Shown here: positions 33,652 through 44,837 of the stretch, piece after piece | Layout: each line of letters begins with the position of its first letter | Numbering within the stretch: position 1 is the first letter of the stretch | Origin: an uncultured Gemmatimonadaceae bacterium | GTDB lineage: Bacteria > Gemmatimonadota > Gemmatimonadetes > Gemmatimonadales > Gemmatimonadaceae | Reading direction: 5' to 3' | NCBI GenBank assembly: GCA_963829055.1 | Contig: CAWHHI010000011.1 | Span: forward strand, 32,001-96,000 | Length of the DNA stretch: 64,000 bases | Notes under the pieces: generated by a model | The model's database searches: none | Told to the model about the DNA's origin: nothing | Seen by the model: the letters and a program-made list of their open reading frames with translations, nothing else | Position numbers and translations under genes: made by a program

Positions 33652-34594
33652 CGACGGCGCCCGCCGTCCTGCCCAGCGCTCCTCCACGTCCGCCGCGCGA
33701 CGTACTCCGGTCGATACGGCACGTGGCGCGCTCGTCCTCATCGGCGGCGCCTGCAGCCCCGACGGCGACGCGTTAGGTACGTTCATCCGTCTCGCCGGAG
33801 CCGATCGCGGTGCCGGGATCATGGGCTTCACCACGGCGTCGAGCAATCCTGTGCGCGCCGCGGCCGCCTGGCGGAAGGACTTCGCTGCGGCGGGTGTCGA
33901 GAACGTCGAGTTCCCGCTCGTGCAGAACCGCGACGCCGCGAACGACGCTGCGCTAGCCGATCGCGTGCGAGAATCGCCCGGCCTCTTCCTCGGCGGTGGT
34001 GATCAGGTGCACCTCATCGCGACGCTGAGCGGTACGCTGCTGGGCGCCGCGATCCGCGAGGCGTTCGTGCGCGGCGCGGTCGTCTGCGGCACGAGCGCGG
34101 GCGCGGCGGCGCTCACCGAGACGACGATGGCGGGCGGTGAGGTCGACGAGGATGGAAAGGAGGTCGAGATGTACATCGGCCCGGGACTCGGCCTGCTCTG
34201 CTTCGGAACGCTCATCGATACACACTTCGCGCAGCGCCGGCGACTGCATCGTCTCTTCGTGGCGATCGCCGGCTACCCGCAGCTCATGGGCCTCGGTATC
34301 GACGAGGACACGGGCCTGGTGGTGCGCGGCTCGATCGGCGAGGTGGTCGGCAAGGGTGGCGTCACGTTCGTGGACGGTCGCGACACGGTGCGCTTCGACA
34401 ACGCGAGCCAGGTGAAGAAGGGTGGCGAGCTGACGCTGAGTCATCTCCGCGTCGGGCTGGTCGGGACGGGACAGCTGTTCGATCTGGAGGCGAGAGAGCT
34501 CGTTAGGCTCGTTGCGTCGGAGGCCGTCGTCCGGGCCGGCAATGGTGAGGTGGGAACGAGGAACCGGGAACGGGGGACTGGAGCCGCTCGCTGA
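33638..34594 (+). CDS. cphB: Cyanophycinase
   Basis: LVLIGG, GGDQ, GTSAGA (catalytic Ser), IDTHFAQRRR, GIDEDT; in operon with cphA. Confidence 0.92.
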   Translation: MASGSDGARRPAQRSSTSAARRTPVDTARGALVLIGGACSPDGDALGTFIRLAGADRGAGIMGFTTASSNPVRAAAAWRKDFAAAGVENVEFPLVQNRDAANDAALADRVRESPGLFLGGGDQVHLIATLSGTLLGAAIREAFVRGAVVCGTSAGAAALTETTMAGGEVDEDGKEVEMYIGPGLGLLCFGTLIDTHFAQRRRLHRLFVAIAGYPQLMGLGIDEDTGLVVRGSIGEVVGKGGVTFVDGRDTVRFDNASQVKKGGELTLSHLRVGLVGTGQLFDLEARELVRLVASEAVVRAGNGEVGTRNRERGTGAAR

Positions 34595-34598
34595 CGGT

Positions 34599-34648
34599 TG
34601 TCATCCGAGCGAACGTCCGTGTCATCCCGAGCGGCAGCGAGGGATCTC
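34599..34648. repeat. REP-like GTCATCCCGAGCG element (half copy)
   Basis: TGTCATCCGAGCG...TGTCATCCCGAGCGGCAGCGAGGGATCTC; related to 38012-38153. Confidence 0.6.
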
Positions 34649-34682
34649 CTCGAACGTGATTGGTGGCCAGAATTGCTGCGAT

Positions 34683-34802
34683 ATCCAACACAGAAGGACG
34701 CGCGTCGCTGCTGCGCCTCGGGTTGCCCGTGCGGCAGTTTTCTGCGTCCTTCTGCGTTGCGCGCGCAGCGCCGCCTGCGTCATTCTGCGTCGCTGTTGGA
34801 CC
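34683..34802. repeat. Internally deleted copy of the TCCAACAGCGACGCAGAAGGACGC MITE-like element
   Basis: TCCAACACAGAAGGACGC ... TTTTCTGCGTCCTTCTGCGT...TTCTGCGTCGCTGTTGGA; matches 48449-48724. Confidence 0.75.
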
Positions 34803-34845
34803 TCGATAACCCACTGTATTCCAGAACGGGCAGAACAGCCCTCCG

Positions 34846-36312
34846 TTATCGCACGAAAACCCGGTACCCATTTGCCGGAATCTCGATCTTCCCGTCCGTC
34901 GCGAGCGACGCCGACGCCTTCGTGAACCACTCCGTGTACCCGCCCGGACGCGTTAGGCCGCGGTACGACACCGACGCCGGCTTGTCGGCGAAGTTGAGCG
35001 CCACCAGCACCGTGTTGTCATCCCGCGACCGTGTGAATGCGTACACACGGTCACCGCCATCGGTCGCCAGCTTCACCTGCGGGCCGCCCCACGGGCCGTT
35101 CGCGAGCGCCGCCTGCGTGTGCTTGAGGTCGAACACCGAACTATAGAAGTCCGCGAGCGACGGACCCGTCCAGTCCACCGTGTCCTTCTCGAAGAAGCGC
35201 AGACGCTTCTTCATGCTCACCTCCTGCCCCGTGTACAGGAGCGGCATCGACCGCTGCGCCGTCGCGCTCAGCACGAACGCCGGCTTGTGGTTCGCGCCCA
35301 TGCGCTCGAACTCCGAACCGTTCCAGCTGTTCTCGTCGTGATTGCTCGTGAAGTACATGCGATACGCGCCCGGGCCGTACACGCTATCGTCCTTGGCGAA
35401 GTACGCGTCGAGCGCCGGCGTACCCTGCTTCCCCTGCGCGATGGCGTTCATCAGGTGGTGCAGGTCCCAGCCGTACGTCATGTCGAACGCCGCATGCATG
35501 CGCGGGTCCTCGGCCTCGGCCAACAGGAACAGGGCCGGAGCGCGCACCTTGAGCGCGGTGCGTGCCTCTACCCAGAAGTCGACCGGGACGCCGCCGGCCA
35601 CATCGCACCGGAAGCCGTCGATGCCCGTACTATCGATCCACCACTTCATCTCGGCGATCATGGCCTGACGCAGCGCGGGATTGCGAAAGTCCAATTCGGC
35701 GACGTCCGTCCAGTCGGTCTCCTTCCCCTCGTTGTCACGCGCGTTCATGAGCGAGCCATCGGCGCGCCGCTCGTAGTAGTCGGGATGCGCTGTGACCCAC
35801 TCGTGATCGTACGCGGTGTGATTCGCGACCCAGTCGAGAATGACTCTCATCCCCCGCTGATGCGCGCCGGCCACGAACGCGCGGAAGTCCTCGATCTTGC
35901 CGAACTCGGGATTCACTGCCGTGTAGTCGCTGATGGCGTAGTAGCTCCCGAGCTTGCCCTTCCGGTTCTTGACGCCAATTGGCTGCACCGGCATCAGCCA
36001 CAGGATGTCGACGCCTAGCTTCTCCAATCGCGGCAGGTGCGTCTGCAACGCGGCGAGCGTGCCCTCGGGCGTGTACTGCCTGACGTTCACCTCGTAAATC
36101 ACCGACTTGCGCGACCACGACGGATGGAAATCCGGATCCGCGCTCGGCCGTGAAGCAGCGACGGGATCGTTAGGTCTCGCCGCGCTGCCCGGTGTCGCCG
36201 CCGCGCTCGATGCAGTCGCAGCCGCCGCGGAATCGCCACTCGCTGCCTTGGAAGAGGGCGAACACGCCAGCAGCGCGATCGCGGCGGTCACAGGGGGAAG
36301 AGCGGTGCGCAT
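34846..36312 (-). CDS. GH13 alpha-amylase family lipoprotein
   Basis: ALLAC lipobox; IYEVNVRQY, LDWVANHT, DGFRCDVA, AEAE, NHDEN. Confidence 0.92.
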   Translation of the reverse strand: MRTALPPVTAAIALLACSPSSKAASGDSAAAATASSAAATPGSAARPNDPVAASRPSADPDFHPSWSRKSVIYEVNVRQYTPEGTLAALQTHLPRLEKLGVDILWLMPVQPIGVKNRKGKLGSYYAISDYTAVNPEFGKIEDFRAFVAGAHQRGMRVILDWVANHTAYDHEWVTAHPDYYERRADGSLMNARDNEGKETDWTDVAELDFRNPALRQAMIAEMKWWIDSTGIDGFRCDVAGGVPVDFWVEARTALKVRAPALFLLAEAEDPRMHAAFDMTYGWDLHHLMNAIAQGKQGTPALDAYFAKDDSVYGPGAYRMYFTSNHDENSWNGSEFERMGANHKPAFVLSATAQRSMPLLYTGQEVSMKKRLRFFEKDTVDWTGPSLADFYSSVFDLKHTQAALANGPWGGPQVKLATDGGDRVYAFTRSRDDNTVLVALNFADKPASVSYRGLTRPGGYTEWFTKASASLATDGKIEIPANGYRVFVR

Positions 36313-36362
36313 ATGAATCTCCGGCTGTGAGTCGTTCGGCCGACCCATCTGGCGATCGAAAA

Positions 36363-38018
36363 TCACGGTGAAGGCGAGAGCTGCACGACGTGCGCCTTCA
36401 TGGGCGCAAGCGTGACCGACGGCACGTAGCCTCGCACGCTTCCATCCGCAGCGACGGAAATTGGAGCGACATTCGCCCCGACCAGGCTCCGCGCCGAGTA
36501 CTGTCCCGCGGGCAACGCACCGCTCGGAAACGTGAGCGTCACGTTCGAGAGCGCCGCCTGCCCTACGTTCGCGACGACGAGCACCACGGTCGTGCCATCC
36601 CGGCGAAGATACGCGGCGACGGCGTCGCTCGACGCAACGAGTGGCAGGAAATCACCGCGGCCGAGCGCAGTGTTGCCTGCCCTGAGGTGAATGAGCGTGC
36701 GGTACGCCGCGAGCAGCGAGGTCGTGTCGGTCTCCTGCGCCGCGACGTTCGTCGTTGGCCAATTCGCGTTGAGCGGCTCCCACGGCGTGCCGCTCGTGAA
36801 CCCCGCCCCGGCCGACGCCGTCCACTGCATTGGCGTTCGCAGTTGCTCGTCCGGCTTATCGCCGGTCATCCCGATCTCCTCGCCGTAGTAGACGAACGGC
36901 GTGCCTGGGAGCGTGAGCAGGAGCGTCGCCGCGACCTTCACGCGCTGGGTGTCGCCGCCCAGGGCGGTCAGCGTGCGCGTCTGGTCGTGATTGCGCAGGA
37001 ACGTCGACCAGCGGGCGTTAGGCACCTCCTGCTGGAAGCGCTGGAAGCGTCGCATCAACGCCGACGCCGATCCCGTCCGCACGGCGGCGAGCAGATCGTC
37101 CGACAGATCGAACGCGAAGTACGACTCGAGCTGATCAGGATAGTAGGGTAGCATCTTGTCGATGCCGTCCCATACCTCACCGACCGTGAACGCCGTCGGC
37201 GCGACGGCCCGAACGTGAGCCGCGTACTCGCGCAGGAATGCGTGCGTCCCCGCCGTGCCGATTTGCTTCGCGCCCTCCTCCACCAGATACGGCACCGCGT
37301 CGAGCCGGAAGCCGTCGACGCCCATCTGCGTGAGCCAGAACGTGGCGATCCGCTTCGCCTCGTCCCGAACGGCCGGCGTATCGTAGTTCAGATCCGGCAT
37401 GCCCTGCCAGAAAACTCCATAGTAGTACTCGATCGCGCAGTGGCGAGCGGTGCCACACTTCCTGCCCCCACGGCCCGAGCTCCGCCGGCTTCGTCGCGGA
37501 CCATCGGAACCAGGCTCGGTGTGGCGCCGTCGGCCCACCTAACGCGTCACGAAAGTATGGATGCTCGCTCGACAGGTGATTCAGCACCATGTCGACGACG
37601 ACGGCGATCCCCCGCCGGTGCGCCTCGACCACGAGTCGCGTGAAATCCGCGTTCGTGCCGTAGTCCGGCTCGATGCGGTAGTAGTTCGTGGCGTCGTACC
37701 CGTGATAGCGTCGGCGACTCGGCCACCGGCATGAGCCACATGCACTGGGCGCCGAGATCCCGGCTCGTGGCGGGATTGCCGTCGTTGATGTAGTCGAGCT
37801 TCTCGGTGAGCCCGCGGAGATCGCCGATGCCGTCGCCGTTGCTGTCGTAGAACGACCGGACGAACACTTCGTAGCACGTAGCGCCGCGTCGCCAGTCAGG
37901 CACGGCGCTCGTCACCGGCGTGGAGGGCAGCAACGTGGTGTCGCGCTGCCGCGTGTTGGTCGGCGCGCCACACCCTACAGCCCGCGGAGAACGCGGCGAC
38001 GCGAGCGGGCGTTGTCAT
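36363..38018 (-). CDS. GH13 alpha-amylase family protein (SusG-like), frameshifted
   Basis: [54 protein letters not shown]; start uncertain. Confidence 0.9.
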
Positions 38019-38153
38019 TCCGAGCGCGTCGTCATTCCGAGCGGAGCGCCGAAGGCGCGCGCAGTCGAGGAATGCTCGGTCTTCCGGGTAGCAGGAGCCC
38101 TCTACCGCGGACCGTCACGATTCCTCGACTCGCTGTCGCTCGCTCGGAATGAC
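38012..38153. repeat. REP-like palindromic element
   Basis: GTCATTCCGAGCG...GTCGAGGAAT ... ATTCCTCGACTCG...CGCTCGGAATGAC inverted arms. Confidence 0.8.
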
Positions 38154-38159
38154 CAACAA

Positions 38160-39734
38160 TCAATAGCCCGTGTTCTGCTTGAGGTTCGGGTTGGCGCTGA
38201 GCTCCGTCACCGGCAGCGGATACAGATTGCGGAATGCCTCCGTGGTCTTCCCCGCGGCCACGTTGCCCTTCCAGGCCCAGATGCCCGCCGTCGTGAAACG
38301 ATCGAAGCGAATCAGGTCCGTGCGCCGATGCCCTTCCCAGAACAGCTCACGCGCCCGCTCGTCGCGGAGGAAGTCGAGCGTCAGCTGTGCATCGGTGATG
38401 TTGCCGGTCGCGTTGCCGTAGGCCCGCGCGCGGAGCGCGTTTACGTAGGTCAGCGCCTGCGCGCGCGATCCACCGCCACCTCTCACGACGGCCTCGGCGT
38501 ACATGAGGTACGCGTCGCCGAGCCGGAACATCGGGAAATCGATGTCGGAGAAGCCCGTGCTCGATCCCGGCGCGCCCGTGGACGTGACGTTGCGATACTT
38601 CGGCGCACCGAGACCGGTGTTGAAGTCGGTGAGGTTCGTCATCGCGAGCGACTGGCCATCCGTGTAGAAGATCCCCGACCGCCGATCACCCGCACCCGTC
38701 GCGTTGGGGAATAGCGCCACGAACTCCGGTCGCGCGCGCAGTCCGTACCAGCCGCCATCGAGGCCGAACGCCGTCGCGTTCATGGTGCCACCGACTGCGG
38801 CATGCGTCAGGAACGTCGTTCCACCGAAGGATTGCGTCTTGGTCCCGTCGAACGGAACCGCGAAGATCAGCTCAGCAGACTTGTTGTTGTCGGCGAGGAA
38901 CAGCCGCTGATAGATCGGTTCGAGCTGGTACGAACCAGCGATCACTTTTTCGAGCTCCGTTCTAGCCTCGGTGGCGCGCTCGGTGCCGGTGTACACCTTT
39001 GCGTTCAGGTACACCTTTGCGAGCAGCATCGCCACGGCACCCTGGTCCGCACGCCCATAGGAAGCGCGCGGCGCCGGCAGCTCGGTCCGGATCGCCGTCA
39101 GCTCGGAGACGATGTAGTTGTACACTTCGGCGCGCGTACTCTGCTTCGGTGGCGTCCTGCCTAACGCGAACTCCTCGGTGACGAGCGGGATGTCGCCGAA
39201 GAGATCAATGCCGTGCCAGTAGCTGAGCGCGCGGAGGAAGCGTGCTTCGGCACGGTACTGCTTCACCTGCGCGAGCAGGTTACCAGTCACGTTGCGCGAG
39301 GCGAGCTTCTCATCGGTCGTTTCGCGGAGGAACTCGTTCACGAGCCCCACCTGGAAAAAAACGCGGCCGTACATCGCCTGCAGGAACTGGTTCGACGACG
39401 ACCACAGCTGCGTGTTGAGCTCCTGCACGCCGGCGTCGTTCCACGCGATCGCCGTTTCATCCGTCGGCAGCTCCTGCATCTGCCAGATCAGGCGGATGTA
39501 GCCACCGAACCCCTCGTCGATACCCTGGATGTCCGGGCGTCCTGCCGGGCCTTCCTGCCCGGACACCTGCAGGCCGCCATAGATCTTGGCGATGAATGCC
39601 TTGTACGAGCTCGGCTCGTTGAACGCGTTCACGTTCGTGAGCGAGCTCTTTGGCGGTGACGTCAGGTCCGTACACGCCGCGACCGTGACGAGTGTCAGTG
39701 CCGCAAAGAGCGTCGTCCGTGCCGTCGTCTTCAT
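38160..39734 (-). CDS. susD: RagB/SusD family nutrient-binding outer membrane lipoprotein
   Basis: VAAC lipobox; AEARFLRALSYW, LLAKVYLNA, FRLGDAYLMYAEA, DERARELFWEGHRRTDLIRF, NPNLKQNTGY. Confidence 0.93.
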   Translation of the reverse strand: MKTTARTTLFAALTLVTVAACTDLTSPPKSSLTNVNAFNEPSSYKAFIAKIYGGLQVSGQEGPAGRPDIQGIDEGFGGYIRLIWQMQELPTDETAIAWNDAGVQELNTQLWSSSNQFLQAMYGRVFFQVGLVNEFLRETTDEKLASRNVTGNLLAQVKQYRAEARFLRALSYWHGIDLFGDIPLVTEEFALGRTPPKQSTRAEVYNYIVSELTAIRTELPAPRASYGRADQGAVAMLLAKVYLNAKVYTGTERATEARTELEKVIAGSYQLEPIYQRLFLADNNKSAELIFAVPFDGTKTQSFGGTTFLTHAAVGGTMNATAFGLDGGWYGLRARPEFVALFPNATGAGDRRSGIFYTDGQSLAMTNLTDFNTGLGAPKYRNVTSTGAPGSSTGFSDIDFPMFRLGDAYLMYAEAVVRGGGGSRAQALTYVNALRARAYGNATGNITDAQLTLDFLRDERARELFWEGHRRTDLIRFDRFTTAGIWAWKGNVAAGKTTEAFRNLYPLPVTELSANPNLKQNTGY

Positions 39735-39793
39735 GACTCCCTCGAGCGCTGTAGTGATCCGCGTGGTCCGCGCGATCCGTGTGGTCGTAGTCA

Positions 39794-42782
39794 TCAGAAC
39801 CCCACCGTGAAGCCGGTCATGAACGTGCGCGACTGCGGGTAGATGTTCCTGTCGATCCCGGTGACGCCGGCCGTCGGATCGATGCCGGAATAATCGGTGA
39901 GCGTGAACACGTTCTGGATCGTGCCGAAGACGCGCAGCTGCTTCAACGATCCGAATTTCGGCAGCCGATATCCGATGGTGACGTTGTCCAGGCGCACGAA
40001 CGACGCGTCCTCGACGTACACGTCGGAGAAGTACTGCGGATTCACGAACCCGGTGTTGAGCACCGAGGCATCGAGGTTGCCCGGGGCGGCGCCTTTGACG
40101 GCGCTGTAGTGTCCGAGGTTCGAGGCAATGTTGTTGTACACGTAGTTGCCGAGATACGCGCGAAGCGTGAAGCTCCCGTCGAAGTTCTTGAAGTTCATCT
40201 GCGACGACGCGCCGAGGATCCACTTCGGTGCCGGACTCTTGTACGGACGGAGATCGTCCTGGTTCACGTTGCCGTCGCCATTGAGATCGACGTACAGGTC
40301 CTTGTCGTCGATGTTCTTGTCGCCGTTCGTGTCGGCGTACACCGGCTTGCCGTTCGCGTCGCGCTTGTGCTGGTACACGAAGAACGAGTTCACGGGGTAG
40401 CCTGGCTTCAGCACTTCGACGTTGCTGCCGACGCCGCCGTCAATGGGGCCGACGAGAATCTGGTTGCCGCCCGTCCCGCCGGCGTTGATCCCCAGCAGCT
40501 TGTTGTCGTTCTTTGCCGCGTTGAGCGACGCGTCCCAGCTGAACGCGCCGTTCGTCCCTTCGAACACGCGGTAGTTCAGTCCGAGCTCGATGCCGCGGTT
40601 TTCCATGCTGCCGATGTTCGTGGTGACGAAGTTCGACAGGTTCGTCCCCGCGGCCACCGGGACGTTGAAGATGAGATCCTCGGTTTTCTTGTAGTAGTAG
40701 TCGATCGTTCCCGTTAGGCGGCTCGACAGGAGTCCGAAGTCGAGGCCGACGTTCGTGGATGTCGTCTCCTCCCACTTGATGTCCGGATCGACCGCGCTCG
40801 GCCGGATGGTCGTCACGAACTCATCGCCGAACTGCACCTGCGCGAGGTTCGTACCGACCGTGTACGTCGAATACGCCAGATAGTTGTTGAACGCCTGGTT
40901 GCCGTTCACGCCCCATGAGAGGCGCAGCTTGAGGTCGCTCAGCCAGCCGACGTTCTTCATGAACGATTCATCGATCACGCGCCATGCGAACGCGGCGGAC
41001 GGGAAGATGCCCCACTGGTTGTCGGGGCCGAATTTCGATGAGCCATCACGCCGCACGCTGCCCGTGAGCAGGTACTTGTCCTTGAACGAGAGATTCGCGC
41101 GGCCGAAGAACGACACGAGCCGGCTCTCCTGCGTATCGAGGAATGTCTGCTGCGTCTTCGACCCCGGAATGCCGTTAGGCCCGAGGAGATCGGTGCTCAG
41201 ACCGACCGCGAGCGCGCGCGTCGAATCGTACTGGAAGTTCTCGTACGTGTAGCCGCCGGTGACGTCGAGATTGCTGCTGTATTTCGTGAACTGGTGGTTG
41301 TAGTTACCGAACAGTTCCAGCAGCGTGTTCAATTGACCCGGCGTGTTCTCGCTGAACGTGCCGCCGGTGCTGTTCTCGAGTTGCCCCTGGGCGGTACTGG
41401 GCGAGAAGCTCGTCCGCTGGGCCGTCGCATAGTCGTACCCGCCGCGAGCCGTGGCTGAGAGGCCGGTGACCCACGGCAGCTGATACTTGGTCTCGAGGTT
41501 GCCCACGCTGCGGTACTCCGTGCCTTCGTCCGTCAGCAGCTCGAGGTCCGACAGCGGGTTATTGGCGCCTAACGGGTCCGCCCACTGGAAGTACGACCCC
41601 GACGCGTTGCGGATCGGCTGCGTCGGCGCGAATGATGTCGCGGCGCCGAGGACGCCGTTTGGCGTGAAACGATCGTCGGTGCGGCTGCCCTTGATGTTCG
41701 CCCGCACGTCCAGCGCGTGGTTGAGCACCAGGTCGCCATACGAGAGGGCAAGGGATGTCCGTTGCGCGGTGCTGCCTTCGAGCACGCCGTCCTGGTTCAG
41801 GTAGCCTAACGATGCGCGGTAATGCAGGTCATCGCGGCCGCCGGCCAGTGCCACCAGGTGATCCTGCCCGAACCCCGAGCGCTGGATCGCGCCGCGCCAG
41901 TCGGTGCTGGCCGTGCCGAGCTTGCTCGTATTCTCCGGGGCATACTGCGTGACCGCCGAACGGAACTGCGTCGCGTCCAGCAGATCCGCCTCACGCGCCA
42001 CCGTCGAAGTGGAGACGGACCCCGAGTACGACAGCTGCATGCCCTGCGCACCCGACTTGGTCGTGATCAGGACGACGCCGTTCGCGCCGCGCGATCCGTA
42101 GATCGCCGTCGCCGACGCATCCTTCAGCACCGTCATGTTCTCGATGTCGGACGGGTTCAGGAAGTTGAGCGGGTTACGGCCCGCGTTCACGCCACCGCCG
42201 ACAGGCAGCGGCACGCCATCGAGCACGAACAACGGCTCGTTGCTGCTCGTGACGGACGTCCCTCCGCGGATACGGATGTTGACGGTCCCACCCGGCTCGT
42301 TGCTCCCAATCACCTGCACGCCCGGGACTTTCGCCTGAATGAGTTGCTCCGGACTGACGACGCGCCCGGTGTTGAACTGCGTCGAGTCGACCGACGCCAC
42401 TGCCCCCGTGCTATTGCGCGCCTCCTGCGTTCCGTACCCGACGACCACGATGTTGCTGAGCGTAGCCGCGGACGTCGCGAGTGAGAAGTCGGCAGTGGTC
42501 TCCCCGTTGGCCGTGACGGTGAGTCCGGTGACGGAATCGGGCGCGAAGCCGAGCCGGAGTCGCGCGCACGGTGTATCTGCCCGGCTGAACGGTGATGGTG
42601 TAGCGCCCGTCGTCACGAGTCACCGCGCCAGTCGTGGTTCCCGCCACGACCACCTGCGCGCCAGGGATGGGCCGGGCTCCTTCAGCGGAGGTGACTTTGC
42701 CGGTGATCCTTCCTGTTTGTGCGAGGACAGGCGCGCCTACGACGACCGTTGCTGCGAGAACGACAAACGCTGTTCGCCACAT
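39794..42782 (-). CDS. susC: SusC/RagA TonB-dependent receptor (frameshift ~42570)
   Basis: VVVGYGTQ, IRIRGG, NEPLFVLDG, LKDASATAIYGSRGANGVVLITTK, RRDGSSKFG, IKWEET; C-terminal Phe. Confidence 0.95.
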
Positions 42783-43343
42783 GATGGCTCCTGATGAAAC
42801 GGAAGGCGGAGACGACGCCACGTGCGTGGCCACGCCTCGGGGAAAGAATCGCGTGAATGCGTGACGTCGCGGGTGGTCGCGCGGATCGAGTAATCGTTTA
42901 CATCGCACCAGCGATGCGGCGCTGCGGCGCGTCATGGACGGGGCATCATCAGCGACGGATCGCCGAAAGGCAGGGGCGCGCGGAGACCGCCGTCCGCGAG
43001 GGACACGTTAGGCGCGCGACACGGCGCCAGCACGGGCGTTGCCGGTTCATCGGTCCCCTCCTGCGAGCACTGTCCACCCCACCTCACCCCACCCTTCCCG
43101 GCGTGCACGCTACGAACGCACGGGTCCCGACCAACCGGGAATTCGCCTGCAGCGCTGGCTGGCAATCACGTTTCGTCCGAGAGTCGCCGCTGTCAAGGGC
43201 ATTAACGGTCACGAAGCGTCTGCCGCGACGGGCGGTACACCCGCTCGCGCGAATCATCGTCCGGGTATAGTCTCCTCCGACGTGGCCGGCGATCGGCTCG
43301 CCACGCGTTGCTTCACGATCACGTTCAGACCTGCTCCAACCCC

Positions 43344-44810
43344 ATGCGCCTTCCCCGCTCGGCCGGCATTCTTCTGCATCCAACGTCCCTTCCCGGCCCG
43401 AACGGGATCGGCGAGCTCGGTTCAGACGCTCTTCGCTTTCTCGACTTCCTGTCCGCGACTGGCGTGACGCTCTGGCAGGTGTTGCCATTGGGCCCGACCG
43501 GCTACGGCGACTCCCCGTATCAGTGCTTCTCGGCGTTCGCCGGAAACCCGTTGCTCATCGCGATCCCGGGCGACGGCAGCAAGTTTCCCGCGCACACGGT
43601 CGATTTCGAATCGGTGATTCCGCACAAGCGTGCACTCCTCGACAAGGCGATCGCCGAGTGGGTGCCCGACGCCGGCTTCGACGCGTTCGTCGCCGCACAC
43701 GCCTCGTGGCTCGAGGACTACTCGCTGTTCATGGCGCTCAAGGAAGCGCACGGCGGCGTCGCCTGGCCGGATTGGGACCGCGGAGCCGCGGCGCGTGAGC
43801 CGAGCGCACTGGCCAGCTGGCGCGAGCGTCTCGCGCCATCGGTCAGACGGTACAACATCGAGCAGTACCTCTTCTACTCGCAGTTCGACGCCCTGCGCCG
43901 CGCCTCCGCGGCGAGAGGCATTCGCATCATGGGTGACCTTCCCATCTACGTCGCCCACGACTCCGCGGACGTCTGGGCCAACCCTTCGATGTTCAAGCTT
44001 CGCGCGGACGGACGCCCGCTCGTGCAGGCGGGAGTCCCGCCAGACTACTTCAGTGCGACCGGGCAGCTCTGGGGCAATCCGATCTACGATTGGGATGCCA
44101 TGGATCGCGACGGCTACCGGTGGTGGGTGCGGCGGCTCCGCGCGGCGTTCGAGCTGTTCGACGTCGTCCGCATCGATCACTTCCGCGGCTTCGAGGCATA
44201 CTGGGAAGTTCCGGGTGATGCGCCGACCGCGCAGACTGGCCAGTGGGTGAAGGGCCCCGGTGCCGCGCTGTTCGAGGCGGTGACGAAGGCGCTCGGTCCG
44301 GTGCCCATCGTAGCCGAGAACCTCGGTGTCATCACGCCGGCGGTGGAGGCGCTACGCGAGCAGTTCGGCTATCCCGGTATGAGCATCCTGCAGTTCGCCT
44401 TCGGAACCGATCCGGAGAGCGGGCAGTTCAGGCCGCACAACTTTCCGCGCGCACGCGTGGTATACACCGGCACGCACGACAACGACACGACGGTCGGGTG
44501 GTGGGAATCGACCGGCGCCGCCGACTCGACGCGTGCGGCGGAAGACGTGGCGCGCGAGAAGGCGTTCGCGCTAGAGTACCTTGGCGCCGATGGCCGCGAG
44601 ATGAACTGGACGCTGATTCGCACCGCGCTCGCGTCAGTCGCCGACACGGTGATCATCCCGATGCAGGACATCCTCGGGCTCGGCAGCGAAGCACGCATGA
44701 ATCTTCCGGGGAGAGCGTCCGGGAACTGGGGCTTTCGCTTCTCCTGGGATCAGATCACTCCCGAGATCGTCAAACGACTTCGCACGATGGTGGACGTCTA
44801 CGAGCGCTGA
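43344..44810 (+). CDS. malQ: 4-alpha-glucanotransferase (GH77)
   Basis: GILLHPTSLP, WQVLPLGP, GDLPIYV, GVPPDYFSATGQLWGNP, RIDHFRG, YTGTHDN, RMNLPG. Confidence 0.96.
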   Translation: MRLPRSAGILLHPTSLPGPNGIGELGSDALRFLDFLSATGVTLWQVLPLGPTGYGDSPYQCFSAFAGNPLLIAIPGDGSKFPAHTVDFESVIPHKRALLDKAIAEWVPDAGFDAFVAAHASWLEDYSLFMALKEAHGGVAWPDWDRGAAAREPSALASWRERLAPSVRRYNIEQYLFYSQFDALRRASAARGIRIMGDLPIYVAHDSADVWANPSMFKLRADGRPLVQAGVPPDYFSATGQLWGNPIYDWDAMDRDGYRWWVRRLRAAFELFDVVRIDHFRGFEAYWEVPGDAPTAQTGQWVKGPGAALFEAVTKALGPVPIVAENLGVITPAVEALREQFGYPGMSILQFAFGTDPESGQFRPHNFPRARVVYTGTHDNDTTVGWWESTGAADSTRAAEDVAREKAFALEYLGADGREMNWTLIRTALASVADTVIIPMQDILGLGSEARMNLPGRASGNWGFRFSWDQITPEIVKRLRTMVDVYER

Positions 44811-44837
44811 GCGTGGGCGCTAGCGAGGAATCACGAC

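Noticed and set aside
42783..43343. LacI/MalR operator or riboswitch in the divergent susC-malQ promoter
   Set aside because: I found no convincing palindrome or recognisable aptamer by eye.
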